DNA from: an uncultured Bacteroidales bacterium
GTDB lineage: Bacteria; Bacteroidota; Bacteroidia; Bacteroidales; VadinHA17
DNA length: 64,000 nucleotides
Direction: 5' to 3'
NCBI GenBank assembly: GCA_963765005.1
Contig: CAVXUP010000008.1
Span: 244,396 to 308,395 of the forward strand
Shown one piece after another: positions 1 through 10,253 of this stretch. The notes beneath the pieces are model-generated. The model did no database searches. It had not been told where the DNA came from and saw only the letters and a list, made by a program, of their open reading frames with translations. Numbering within the stretch: position 1 is the first letter of the stretch; each line of letters starts with the position of its first letter. The position numbers and the translations under genes are program-made.

Positions 1-291
1 TGCATGACCCCAACCGGAATTGAAGATGCGGATCAGGGTAATATGTCGCTGATTATTAAAAATCCCATCTCCGAAACCCTCGAAATCAAGGTAATTAATA
101 AAACCGGAAAGGAAGCTCAGTTGTCTGTCGTCTCCTACTCAGGCCAGACAGTTGTTGAAAGCCCGGTCTGCATAGAATCGGGAGAAAATATCTTAAGCTT
201 CAACTCCTCGGGATGGGCAAAAGGAATTTATTTTGTCGTTATTAAAGATAATGATGGCAAAAGGATTGTCAGAAAAGTAATCCGGCAATAG
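1..291 (+). CDS. C-terminal fragment of a T9SS type A sorting-domain protein (runs off left edge)
   Basis: Frame is open from the window edge; ends in a typical CTD (NP..ETL.I ... GIYFVVI...RKVIRQ). Confidence 0.75.
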   Translation, partial: CMTPTGIEDADQGNMSLIIKNPISETLEIKVINKTGKEAQLSVVSYSGQTVVESPVCIESGENILSFNSSGWAKGIYFVVIKDNDGKRIVRKVIRQ

Positions 292-325
292 AGAATCTGG
301 ATGGCAGTCTTTAGCCTTTCGTCGA

Positions 326-349
326 CCACCGTAGCTTTAGCGAAGGCGG
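326..349. repeat. 24-bp imperfect palindrome CCACCGTAGCTTTAGCGAAGGCGG nested in a heptamer tract
   Basis: 20/24 identical to the reverse complement of 4657-4680. Confidence 0.7.
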
Positions 350-458
350 TTGTCTTTTGTCTTTTATCTCAGTCCTTTGTAACCTTTTCTGATAATTCAT
401 GTATAAAGGTTAATCTGTAGTAACTACGGGATTTTATTAACTAACCAAAGCAAACCTT

Positions 459-1046
459 ATGAAAAGAGTTACATCAATCAAGTTCCTTTCCATCTTTACG
501 ATGCTTTTAATGATTTCATTCCTTATGAATGCCCAGACCCAGACTCTGACCCCGGAAGAAAAAAAGGCAGCCGAGATCAAAAAGCTCGAAACTTCTCTTA
601 ATACCGCTAAGGCAAAAGTAGCCCAGGCCCAGCGTAAAATCGAGGTTGCTGACTCTCTTGTCGTTGCAGGCGAAGCAATGATCGAAGAGAGCAGGACAGA
701 GGACAAGGCAATTTCCGCGGAACGGAAAGCCCTTGAAAAAGAATATGAGGCAAACAGGAAGCCAATTGAAAAGCAGACAACTTCCAAAGATAAGGAGGAG
801 GCAACGGCCGCCAAGGCTGAACTTAAGGCTCTCGATACACAGTACAAGGCGGATGTAAAAGTTCTTGACACCCGGTACAAAGAATCTACAAAGAAATTTA
901 CTACCGCAAACTCAAATATAGATAAGGGTAAAATGAATAAGAAAACCGGTAAGGACGCCCTCAACCTTGCAGAAGCAAACCTCGAGACAGCCCAGGCCAG
1001 GTATGATGCTGCAACGGCGCCTCCCGAGGATAAAAAGAAAAAGTAA
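459..1046 (+). CDS. Secreted Lys/Ala/Glu-rich coiled-coil hypothetical protein
   Basis: 195 aa; N-terminal signal peptide (..MNAQ); heptad-rich helical composition. Confidence 0.75.
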   Translation: MKRVTSIKFLSIFTMLLMISFLMNAQTQTLTPEEKKAAEIKKLETSLNTAKAKVAQAQRKIEVADSLVVAGEAMIEESRTEDKAISAERKALEKEYEANRKPIEKQTTSKDKEEATAAKAELKALDTQYKADVKVLDTRYKESTKKFTTANSNIDKGKMNKKTGKDALNLAEANLETAQARYDAATAPPEDKKKK

Positions 1047-1090
1047 TATTTTGCTGACATAATAAATCTTATTTTCAGGGGTTATTATTA

Positions 1091-3199
1091 TTGCAATCCA
1101 ACATTCTCATGATGAGGAATTCTTTCCTGGTTACGGGCTTCCTGCTCTTTTCTGCCATTCTCCGTGGTCAGGATTGTACCATCTTGTCAAAAGCCAACAA
1201 TATCTCCCCAGATAAACTCTGTTCACCCGTTACAGTATCATGGAATGTATCTTATACCGGCGTAAATAATGCAGGTAAGAGTGTCAGCATCAGATACAGG
1301 TGGGACGACGGCACCTCTCAGACAGTTCCGGCTCTGAATATCGGCGCAGGAATCTGGCAGGCAACAGCAAGTCATTCATATACCTCTAATGGCAACACCT
1401 GCAACTATCATCCCCAGGCAACTCTTGTTGTAAACGGCGTGGAATGCACCTCTTCAAGCCAGCAGCAGATAGTTACAGTATGGGACGACGATAATCACAA
1501 CGGAGGCATTATGGCTATCAGCCCTGCTGTCTTTCCGGTTTGTCTTGGAAATAGCGCAAATGCCCGGTTCAGGGATATGACCCAGTTCAATTGTGTTCCC
1601 CCCCAGGAAAAAGATGTTCCAAATCTTTACACCCGATGGGTTCAGTGGACCTATGGCACAAGCATAACTATGACAGGTATTCCTGTAACAATAAATGGCA
1701 CACCAAGGGTATTCCCCTATTCTGCACCAATAATAACTCTGCCAGGACCGGTTACGGGATCTGGGATCTATTCCGATATTATCAATGTTGCCGGGGACAA
1801 ACTTCTTGGCCAGCACTTCCAGGTTACACTAAGAAACTGGAACTACTGCAATCCGTATGATGATCCAAACATTCCCGGACCTCCTGCAGATCCGGTGAAC
1901 GGAGATCATCCTCCTGTTATTACAACTGCAATAGTACTGATAGTTGCCTATCCCGATGCGACAATAACTCCTGTTGACACCCTGTGTACAGGTTCACCTG
2001 CAGCGACACTTAAGGCACATGATCAGGGCGGCACATGGACAGGAAACGGTGTTTCCGGAGACAAGTTTAGTCCGGCTCTGGCAGGCCCGGGGAATCATGT
2101 GATCAGCTATTCAATTACAAATTCAAACGGCTGCACCGATACCGACCAGATAACAATCACTGTTATGCCGGCCCCTGCCGTAAATATCACTCCTGTCGCA
2201 ACCCTTTTCATAAACAGCCCTCCTGCATCCTTGTCTGCCACCCCTCCCGGAGGAACATGGAGTGGCCCTGGTGTAACCAACGGAATTTTTTATGCAGGCG
2301 TTGCCGGATTGGGTACGCATACGATCAGATATACAACCCTTCCTGACAGGTTTGGCTGTTCAGGGAGCGACACGATTCATATTAAGGTAATTAAGCCTCC
2401 TATGCCTGAGGCTGATTTTGATCCTGATACCGTCGGATGTACTCCTCTTAAGGTGCAATTCAGGAATAAAAGCATAAACGGTGATTCATTTCTATGGGAT
2501 TTCGGAGATAAAGGATACTCTACTGAAAAAGATCCTGTTCACACCTATTACATCCCGGGGAATTACATTGTAAGGCTTACTGCAAAAAATCCGGCAGGCG
2601 AATCCATACATGAAGGAATAACGACAGTTTACCAGAATCCAACCGCCGTATTCAATGTCTATCCTACTGAAATCGTCAACACATCACAGATAGCTGTATT
2701 CTATAACTACTCACAATATGCAGTATCAAGTTTCTGGAAGTTTGGCGACGGATCAACATCTGCCGATGAAAATCCATATCATAAGTACGAAAAGGAAGGA
2801 ACTTATACTGTTGGGCTGACTGTAACATCAAAGGACGGGTGCACTGATTCTTCCAAGTTCCCCACTCCTGTAAAAGTCAAATATGTTGACGCGGAGCTGT
2901 ATTATGCAAATGCTTTCTCCTGGAACAGGACTGGCCCTACAAGCGGGTACTGGGAAGAGGGGGTTGTTAATGACAATATTTTCAGACCATATTTTAAAAA
3001 TGTAATAGAATATAAGCTACAGATATTCAATCGGCTGGGCGTGCTGGTTTATGAAACTGATGATCTCAAAAAAGGCTGGGACGGCTATGTTGATGGCGTC
3101 AACCTTGCACTTCAGGGGGTATACGTCTGGAAAGCGACCGGGAAATATGCCAACGGTGAGTATTTCACAAAGGTCGGTGATGTCACTTTTCTGCATTAA
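1091..3199 (+). CDS. PKD-domain surface protein with gliding-motility/T9SS type B C-terminal domain
   Basis: PKD motifs WDFGD..S...PVHTY and WKFGDGSTS...PYHKY; C-terminal IFNRLG..GWDG..GVYVW..GDVT. Confidence 0.85.
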   Translation: MQSNILMMRNSFLVTGFLLFSAILRGQDCTILSKANNISPDKLCSPVTVSWNVSYTGVNNAGKSVSIRYRWDDGTSQTVPALNIGAGIWQATASHSYTSNGNTCNYHPQATLVVNGVECTSSSQQQIVTVWDDDNHNGGIMAISPAVFPVCLGNSANARFRDMTQFNCVPPQEKDVPNLYTRWVQWTYGTSITMTGIPVTINGTPRVFPYSAPIITLPGPVTGSGIYSDIINVAGDKLLGQHFQVTLRNWNYCNPYDDPNIPGPPADPVNGDHPPVITTAIVLIVAYPDATITPVDTLCTGSPAATLKAHDQGGTWTGNGVSGDKFSPALAGPGNHVISYSITNSNGCTDTDQITITVMPAPAVNITPVATLFINSPPASLSATPPGGTWSGPGVTNGIFYAGVAGLGTHTIRYTTLPDRFGCSGSDTIHIKVIKPPMPEADFDPDTVGCTPLKVQFRNKSINGDSFLWDFGDKGYSTEKDPVHTYYIPGNYIVRLTAKNPAGESIHEGITTVYQNPTAVFNVYPTEIVNTSQIAVFYNYSQYAVSSFWKFGDGSTSADENPYHKYEKEGTYTVGLTVTSKDGCTDSSKFPTPVKVKYVDAELYYANAFSWNRTGPTSGYWEEGVVNDNIFRPYFKNVIEYKLQIFNRLGVLVYETDDLKKGWDGYVDGVNLALQGVYVWKATGKYANGEYFTKVGDVTFLH

Positions 3200-3240
3200 A
3201 CATTATACATTCTGCATTAACCATACAGAAGTTTGGAGAT

Positions 3241-3300
3241 CTTCGTTCTTCCGTCTTCCGTCTTCCGTCTTCGGTCTCCTGTCTTTAACCTTTTGTCTTT
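3241..3300. repeat. Degenerate heptamer tandem tract (CTTCCGT/CTTCGGT)n
   Basis: cttcgttcttccgtcttccgtcttccgtcttcggtctcctgtct. Confidence 0.8.
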
Positions 3301-3400
3301 CCAAAAGTGCAGCAATTAATCTTGTTATGATAAATATTTCTATATTCGGGAAATCTTTTCACGATATTTTTTAATTATTCACTGTTTAAATTTATTAATT

Positions 3401-4654
3401 ATGACTTCAATCCTTAAAAAAACGATGTTCACCATATTATTTTTGGTTCTCTCAGCCAGTTTCATTTCAGGACAGCTTTATGAATGGCGCGGACCGAACC
3501 GGACGGGGATTTACAACGAAACGGGACTGCTTAAGAAATGGCCTGACGGAGGACCTTCATTAGCATGGGAGTATACCGGTTCAGGAGACGGCTATTCACA
3601 ACCTCTTGTTACAGACGATGCAGTCTATATTACAGGAAGAAAAGACAGTCTTGATATTCTGACTGCCCTCACACTTGACGGCAAAAAGAAATGGGAAACA
3701 TCTTATGGAAAAGCATGGGTGAAAAACCATACAGGATCAAGATGTACTCCTACTTTTTACAAAGGGAACCTGTTTGTAATCAGCGGAAGCGGAGATATCG
3801 CATGTATTGGTTCAAATGGAAAAATCAAATGGTCTAAAAATCATTTTAATCTGTACGATGGAAAACCTTTAATGTTTGGGATCTCAGAATCACCAGTTGT
3901 TTACGACAATGTTGTTATTACCACTCCGGGCGGGAAAAAGGCATCACTTGTAGCGTTCAATATAAACGATGGCAGCGTTGTGTGGGAGTCAGAAGTACTC
4001 GACGTGGAGCCACAGTACATGAACCCCAAACTTATTGAACACGGCGGAAAAAAGATGGTTGTTACGGTGCTTGGCTCAAACATCGTCTCAATCGACGCTA
4101 AAACCGGTAAGCTCCTCTGGAAGATAAACTATGCTGAGGTAAATGCTGCAACAGGCAGGGTGATGAAGAATCATGCTATAACCCCGATCTACAGGGACGG
4201 ACATATCCTTATCGCAAATGGGTATAACTGGGTGGCCCTCAAACTGAAACTTTCTGCAGACGGCAGCTCCTATGAGAAAGTCTGGGAAAACAGGTCTTTT
4301 GATCCTCAGCACGGAGGTGTTGTCCTTCTTGGCGATCAGATCTATGGAGCTACCCACCAGGCCAAACCCGTTGATATGTGGACCTGCGTCGACTGGAATA
4401 CGGGGAAGATTCTCTGGCAGGAAAAATGGTATGTAAGAGGATCAATTATAGCCGCCGATGGAATGCTGTATCTCTTCGAGGAAAAATCCGGTCACGTAGC
4501 ACTTGTAAAACCCGATCCTGCAAAATTCGACCTTGTAAGTGAATTTCAGATCACAAAGGGAGAAGGCCCCTTCTGGGCACATCCGTCAATCAGCAAGGGA
4601 AGGCTTTACATCAGGCATGGTGATGTGCTGATGGTGTATAAGATAAAGGCATAA
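3401..4654 (+). CDS. PQQ-binding-like beta-propeller repeat protein (BamB-like)
   Basis: Signal peptide, WRGPNRTG start, repeated G...W tryptophan-docking motifs. Confidence 0.85.
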   Translation: MTSILKKTMFTILFLVLSASFISGQLYEWRGPNRTGIYNETGLLKKWPDGGPSLAWEYTGSGDGYSQPLVTDDAVYITGRKDSLDILTALTLDGKKKWETSYGKAWVKNHTGSRCTPTFYKGNLFVISGSGDIACIGSNGKIKWSKNHFNLYDGKPLMFGISESPVVYDNVVITTPGGKKASLVAFNINDGSVVWESEVLDVEPQYMNPKLIEHGGKKMVVTVLGSNIVSIDAKTGKLLWKINYAEVNAATGRVMKNHAITPIYRDGHILIANGYNWVALKLKLSADGSSYEKVWENRSFDPQHGGVVLLGDQIYGATHQAKPVDMWTCVDWNTGKILWQEKWYVRGSIIAADGMLYLFEEKSGHVALVKPDPAKFDLVSEFQITKGEGPFWAHPSISKGRLYIRHGDVLMVYKIKA

Positions 4655-4656
4655 CT

Positions 4657-4680
4657 CCGCCTTCGCCAAGGCTTCGGCGG
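4657..4680. repeat. 24-bp imperfect palindrome CCGCCTTCGCCAAGGCTTCGGCGG
   Basis: Same family as 326-349 in the opposite orientation; lies just after a stop codon. Confidence 0.7.
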
Positions 4681-4694
4681 ACAATGGGCGTTAA

Positions 4695-4797
4695 GGAAAG
4701 AAAGGGAGAGGGGGAGATTGGGAGAGGGGGAGATTGGGAGATATGGAGAGATAACTCCGTGTAAATCTGTGTATTAACTCCGTGTAAATCCGTGGTT
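4695..4797. repeat. G-rich octamer tract followed by a duplicated TAACTCCGTGTAAATC unit
   Basis: gggagagggggagattgggagagggggagattgggag; two copies of taactccgtgtaaatc. Confidence 0.75.
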
Positions 4798-4833
4798 TAA
4801 ATAAGTATAAACTTTGAACTAACCAATATTAAC

Positions 4834-6117
4834 ATGGCTTCAAAAATCAGGAATTCCTTATTTGCCATTCTGTCTTTTTTGTTTTTGGCTCAACCCATTT
4901 TAGCTCAGGACAAAAACTGGACTCATTTCAGGGGATCAAACCTGAATGGGATCTCTGCCGCTGAAAAGATCCCCCTTGCCTGGGACGAATCATCAATAGT
5001 CTGGAAAACTGCAATCAGGGGCAAGGGACACTCCTCGCCAGTTGTCTATGACAATCAGATCTGGGTTACAACAGCCTCTCCTGACGGAAAAGAATTAAAT
5101 GCACTGTGCACTGACTTCCGGGATGGAAAAACACTCTTTGACATAAAGGTATTTACTCCGGAACAAACGATCAGTAAACACTCTATCAATACCTATGCCA
5201 GCCCTACTCCATGCATCGAAAAAGGGTTTGTGTATGTACATTACGGAAGCCTGGGAACAGCCTGCATCAAAACATCGGACGGATCTATTGTATGGACACG
5301 GACGGATTTGAAATGCAAGCATGTTCAGGGGCCGGGTTCATCACCTTTTCTGTATAAAAATCTGTTGATTCTTCATTATGAAGGAACTGATGTAAGATTC
5401 ATTATTGCCCTTGATAAAAAAACAGGAAAAGAAGTCTGGCGCGCCAACCGGCCGGAGGAACTTTACAAAGCCATGCCCAACATCGGGACCAAGGCCTACG
5501 TAACGCCTATCATCATTAAAGTGAAGGGAAAAGACCAGCTGATTTCGAACGGCTCGGCTGCCTGTTTTGCATATGATCCCAATACCGGGGAGGAGATCTG
5601 GCGGGTTGTCAGAGGCGCCGAATCAACCGTTCCAATGCCCTTCTATGAAGACGGCGTCGTTTATTTTTACTGCGGCTTCATGGCTGATGCAGAGGCTTCG
5701 AATTTTACAGAGCTTATTGCCATAAATCCCGAAGGCAAAGGCGACATAACTGCAACGAACGTTCTATGGAGGAAACGCGACAACCAGACACAAACACAGA
5801 TGCTTACACCGGTAATAAAAGACGGCCTTATCTATACTATCAACACGAGGAATATGTTGCAATGCATCGATGCAAAAACAGGCGAGGTGATCTGGGAAGA
5901 GAGGCAGAGGTCAAATTTCAATTCGTCACCAGTGCTGGTGAATGGCACCATCTGGGCCGGATCTGTCAAAGGTGACGTGATCGCAGTTAAGGCAGGCAGA
6001 AAATATGAATCAGTTGCCCAATTCACAATGGATTCAGGGATCTGGGCAACCCCGGCAATACTCAGAAACTCTGTCATACTCAGAACAGAGCAGCATCTCT
6101 ACAGGATCGGAAAGTAA
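4834..6117 (+). CDS. PQQ-binding-like beta-propeller repeat protein (BamB-like), paralog of the upstream gene
   Basis: Signal peptide, WTHFRG, GHSSPVV, repeated TG..VW motifs. Confidence 0.85.
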   Translation: MASKIRNSLFAILSFLFLAQPILAQDKNWTHFRGSNLNGISAAEKIPLAWDESSIVWKTAIRGKGHSSPVVYDNQIWVTTASPDGKELNALCTDFRDGKTLFDIKVFTPEQTISKHSINTYASPTPCIEKGFVYVHYGSLGTACIKTSDGSIVWTRTDLKCKHVQGPGSSPFLYKNLLILHYEGTDVRFIIALDKKTGKEVWRANRPEELYKAMPNIGTKAYVTPIIIKVKGKDQLISNGSAACFAYDPNTGEEIWRVVRGAESTVPMPFYEDGVVYFYCGFMADAEASNFTELIAINPEGKGDITATNVLWRKRDNQTQTQMLTPVIKDGLIYTINTRNMLQCIDAKTGEVIWEERQRSNFNSSPVLVNGTIWAGSVKGDVIAVKAGRKYESVAQFTMDSGIWATPAILRNSVILRTEQHLYRIGK

Positions 6118-6216
6118 CGGCGTAATGGCATAGCGGCATAATGGCGTGATGGAAAGAAAGGGAGAGGGGGAGAAAGGGAGAAGGGGAGCCAGAATGCGAG
6201 CCAAAATGGGAGCCAA
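6116..6216. repeat. Composite octamer / G-rich / 12-mer repeat tract
   Basis: aacggcgt-aatggcat-agcggcat-aatggcgt; ggaaagaaagggagagggggaga (identical to 4695-4717); gggagccagaat-gcgagccaaaat-gggagccaa. Confidence 0.7.
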
Positions 6217-6498
6217 CGATAATGCTAAGCGAAGTTTGTAACTTCGCTTTAATCACAAGAATTAATAGTCTCCAAATTACTCCCAGGGGGGATGTAAAAC
6301 AGTAACCAAAAATAAATATCCCCAAAACTATTTTTTTAGTTTATTTTTTCGTAATTTTATATACAAATAGGGAGGAGCTCTAAGCTGGACTGTATTTATT
6401 TAATTATCAGACAATTATTTTTCTGTTAATTAATTAACAATAACTCTGCCCCGAACGCGTTTTAGAATAAATGAACAAAATCTTCTAAAAATCATCCG

Positions 6499-7792
6499 AT
6501 GAGGGTTTCTTTTTTTGCCTTTTTTACTTTCCCTCTTTTGCTTTTTTCCTGTACCGGTAAAAAAGATCCCGGAGTAATAACAATGCAACTGGGCAAATCA
6601 GATTACGTCGAAAGGATCAATGTCGCAGGAACCGTCCAGGCTGTTGTAAATGTCCCTGTAATGGCACCCAGCAGAATGATGGGGCAGATGACTGTTCTAC
6701 GGCTTGCCTCGGATGGAGCATTTGTTAAAACAGGAGACACGATCTGTGTCCTCACTGTTCCTGAGCTTCATTCAATGTACAATCAGGCGCTGAACTCTAT
6801 CGAAACCCTTGAAGCCGGACTGAAAAAAACCAATGCCGACAACCAGCTCAATGTTGCTCTTCTTGAAGCCCAGCTGGCAACAAGTGAGGCCCAGCTGAAG
6901 ATTTCATCGCTCGATTCACTGAGGTATGCAGTATGCCCCTGAAGTGAACCAGAAACTGCTTAAGCTTGAAATGAAAAAAGTTCTCATCGAAAAACAGAAG
7001 ACAGAGAAAAAACTAGCCGCGACCAGGCTGATCGGACAGACAGAGATCCGACAGATGAATGCGAGGATAATGAGTGAAAAAGCAAGAACCCAGACAATGG
7101 CCGACCAGGTTAGATCGCTGACAATAATTGCGCAACGCGATGGAATTGTTATGAGAACAGAGTCACCCACATTCACAATCATGGGGCCGCAGGGAATGGG
7201 AAAAATGGGTGGACCAATCAGGGAAGGAAGTGTCCTGTTCATGAATACTCCTCTTCTGCAGTTTCCCGATCTCAGCAAAATGCAGGTATCTGCCGAAGTG
7301 CAGGAAGCCGACTTTAAAAAGATAGAAAAGGGCCAGAAAGTGGTAATAAGTATTGACGCTGCACAAAAGCTTGAAACAACAGGTAAGGTAAACAGGAAGA
7401 GCCTTATCGGGCGAAATGCCATGAGGTATTCTGAATCAAAAGTCAAGTTTTATGAAATTATAATTGACCTCGACAGCTGCCACTCAAAAATCAAACCAGG
7501 CCTTAGCGCCTCTTGTGAGATCACACTGAAAGAGGCAAGAGATACTCTCTTTATTCCAACTTTGGCCATATATGAAAGAGACAGCGCCAAAGTTGTTTAT
7601 GTTTTGAAGAAAAACACCTTCACGCCTGTAAAGGTCGCGACAGGCTTGTCAGGGAGCTCCCACACAATAATAACGGAAGGACTTAAGGGCGATGAGATAA
7701 TAGCTCTCACAGAACCGCCAAACAGCCTGATCGCATCTGAGAAAAGGAATACGGAAAAGCCCGACACACTTAATAAACACATTACTAAATAG
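6499..7792 (+). pseudogene. Efflux membrane-fusion (periplasmic adaptor) lipoprotein split by a +1 frameshift near 6923; probably an assembly error
   Basis: ORFs 6499-6942 and 6926-7792 join into one HlyD/MacA-like protein (..LDSLS-MQYAPE..) if one G is removed; lipobox LFSC. Confidence 0.8.
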
Positions 7793-7804
7793 ATCCTAAA
7801 CAAC

Positions 7805-9052
7805 ATGTTAAAAAGAATCATTCCCCTGTTTTTCGTTATCCTGGTATCATGCAAGGGGAAAGAAGTATCTGATATCCAGGTAACTACTGTAAAAAAAGGC
7901 ACCTTCATCGAGGAGCTTACCGAGGAGGGTACCGTTGAAGCTGTAAAATCAATATCTGTTTCAGCTCCCACCATTTCATACAGGTATGGCTCTCTTAAAA
8001 TCGCAAAGATCGTCGACGACGGAGAGGAGGTTGAAAAGGGTGATACCATAATGATCTTCGATCCTTCGGAGATCAAAAGAGCAATAATTCAGGCTGAACA
8101 GCAGATTGAGATTGCGAAGGCTGAGTATGAGAAGCTGAAATCAACTCAACAGTCGGAGATTGAGGACCTGGAAGCAGACCTGGAGCTTGCCCGGATTTCC
8201 CAGGAGATCTCTAAAATTAACTCCGAAACTGCGATTTATGAACCTGAGGTAACCAAAAAAGAAATTAAACTGAAGCTCGAATCTGCCACTATTGCTCTTA
8301 ACAGGGCAATGGAGCAGATCGAGAACAAGAAGATAATCCACAAAGAAGATCTCCTCCAGAAATCGCTGGCTATCAAACAACTTACCGTTACCCTGGCAGA
8401 TGCAAACAGCTCGATGAACAACCTGTTTGTAATCTGCCCGGCCAAAGGCATAACAATCAAGGAGGAAAACTGGAATACGGGTCAGAAATGGGCAGTCGGA
8501 GACCAGCCTTATTCGGGTTCAAATCTGATTGAGCTCCCGGATCTTTCGGAGATGAGGGCCGAAGTCAAAATAAATGAAGTTGACGTTTCAAAAATATTGC
8601 CCGGTCAGAGAGTGGAAATACGTCCTGATGCCTATTCTGATTCAACATACGCCGGGAAGGTTGAGACTGTCGCAAACCTTGCCCAGAATAAGGATTACAA
8701 AACAAAGATCAAGATCTTTCCGGTTCAGATAAGAATTGACGGACAAAGCAAAACCCTCCTGCCCGGATTAACAGTAAGCTGCAAAATCATTGTGAGCGAA
8801 ATTGACGGAGTGCTTTATATTCCTCTTGAATCGCTCTTCAAAGAGCAGGGGATTGAATATGTATATATAAAATCAGGATCAGGGTTTAAACGCCGCGATA
8901 TTAAAACCGGATCAATAAATACCGATTTTGCCATTGTCACTGAAGGACTTGAAGAGAATGATGAAATAGCACTCTCCGATCCGTTCCTCAATAAGGAAGA
9001 TGTGAAGTTAAAGACAGAGAACGGAAGCAATACAGGAGGAGGATCGAGATGA
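7805..9052 (+). CDS. Efflux membrane-fusion protein (MacA/HlyD-like) lipoprotein
   Basis: LVSC lipobox, G.EV.KGD lipoyl motif, coiled hairpin, INEVDV, LPGLT. Confidence 0.9.
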   Translation: MLKRIIPLFFVILVSCKGKEVSDIQVTTVKKGTFIEELTEEGTVEAVKSISVSAPTISYRYGSLKIAKIVDDGEEVEKGDTIMIFDPSEIKRAIIQAEQQIEIAKAEYEKLKSTQQSEIEDLEADLELARISQEISKINSETAIYEPEVTKKEIKLKLESATIALNRAMEQIENKKIIHKEDLLQKSLAIKQLTVTLADANSSMNNLFVICPAKGITIKEENWNTGQKWAVGDQPYSGSNLIELPDLSEMRAEVKINEVDVSKILPGQRVEIRPDAYSDSTYAGKVETVANLAQNKDYKTKIKIFPVQIRIDGQSKTLLPGLTVSCKIIVSEIDGVLYIPLESLFKEQGIEYVYIKSGSGFKRRDIKTGSINTDFAIVTEGLEENDEIALSDPFLNKEDVKLKTENGSNTGGGSR

Positions 9053-10242
9053 AGACAAAATCATTACCCGGCATGTTAGTCTCTGCTCTTCTTGTATTAA
9101 CAATCTCATGCAATAACAGTGAAGATGGCGGATACTCGGTAAATAAAGGAACCTTCAGGCAATCGGTCATTGAAACAGGGGAATTGCAGGCCGTGAATGC
9201 TTCTTTCCTGAGCATGCCCAGGATTAATTATGTATACGGCTACAATTTCAAGATAATCGGGCTCGCGCAACACGGCAAGATTGTACATAAAGGGGAAACT
9301 GTTATAAAAGTAGATCCTTCTTCTGTTCAGAAATTCATTATAGAAAAAGGAGAATCACTTGAAAATGAAATTGCTTCGTCAAACAAGCTAAAGGCTCAGC
9401 TAACCAATAACCTCCAGGAAATAAAGGCACAGCTTAAAAATGAACAGGCATCCTTTGATATTAAAAAACTGGAGGTGGAACGGTCAAAATTTGAATCAGA
9501 AGGAATAAGAAAAGTGATAGAACTTGAGTACCGGCAGGCAGAAATAAGACTAAACAAATTAAAAAGAAACCTTGAGCTGCGGCCAAAACTCGACAGTCTC
9601 GACTTTCGCATACAAAGGATCAAAATCCTGCAGAAGGAAAACGAGCTGAAAGCTGCGCAGAACGACCTTGCCAAACTTGTTGTCACCAGTCCGCTTGAAG
9701 GCGTTTTTGTGGTTGAGGAGAACTGGAGAAACGGCCAGACCATCAAAGTCGGTGATGAAGTCTACCTTGGGTCCCCGGTTGCCAGGATCCCCGATATCAG
9801 GACAATGAAGGTAAAAGGCTATGTTATGGAGAATGATATAAGCAAGATCAGGCCAGGACTGAATGTTATTATCCGTCTTGATGCCCTCCCGTCTGTCGCC
9901 TTTAACGGGAGAGTAAACAGCGTCAGCAGAGTATGTATCAAACGCGATGAAAAAAATATATTCCTCACTGAAGTATTGATTACAGAATCTGATTTGCGAT
10001 TAAAACCCGGGATGACTGTCAGCTGCGAATACATTACTTATGAAGGCAAAAATGAGCTATTCGCACCTAACAATTGCCTCCTTGAGGAAAACAAACACTT
10101 CTATGTTTTTGTAAGGAAAAGAGGAAAGATCAGAAAGACAGAGGTAATGACAGGTCCTTCAAACAACGTCTCCACAATCATTTCAGGCGATCTGAAAGAA
10201 GGACAGTCTCTTGAGCTTCCCGATAATATTTTAACAAGATAA
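9049..10242 (+). CDS. Efflux membrane-fusion protein (MacA/HlyD-like) lipoprotein
   Basis: TISC lipobox, SPLEG, MENDI, LKPGMT; 4-bp overlap with the previous gene. Confidence 0.9.
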   Translation: MKTKSLPGMLVSALLVLTISCNNSEDGGYSVNKGTFRQSVIETGELQAVNASFLSMPRINYVYGYNFKIIGLAQHGKIVHKGETVIKVDPSSVQKFIIEKGESLENEIASSNKLKAQLTNNLQEIKAQLKNEQASFDIKKLEVERSKFESEGIRKVIELEYRQAEIRLNKLKRNLELRPKLDSLDFRIQRIKILQKENELKAAQNDLAKLVVTSPLEGVFVVEENWRNGQTIKVGDEVYLGSPVARIPDIRTMKVKGYVMENDISKIRPGLNVIIRLDALPSVAFNGRVNSVSRVCIKRDEKNIFLTEVLITESDLRLKPGMTVSCEYITYEGKNELFAPNNCLLEENKHFYVFVRKRGKIRKTEVMTGPSNNVSTIISGDLKEGQSLELPDNILTR

Positions 10243-10253
10243 TTAGCCCTGTT

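Noticed and set aside
437-1060. 207-aa minus-strand ORF
   Set aside because: Antisense shadow of the coiled-coil gene 459-1046
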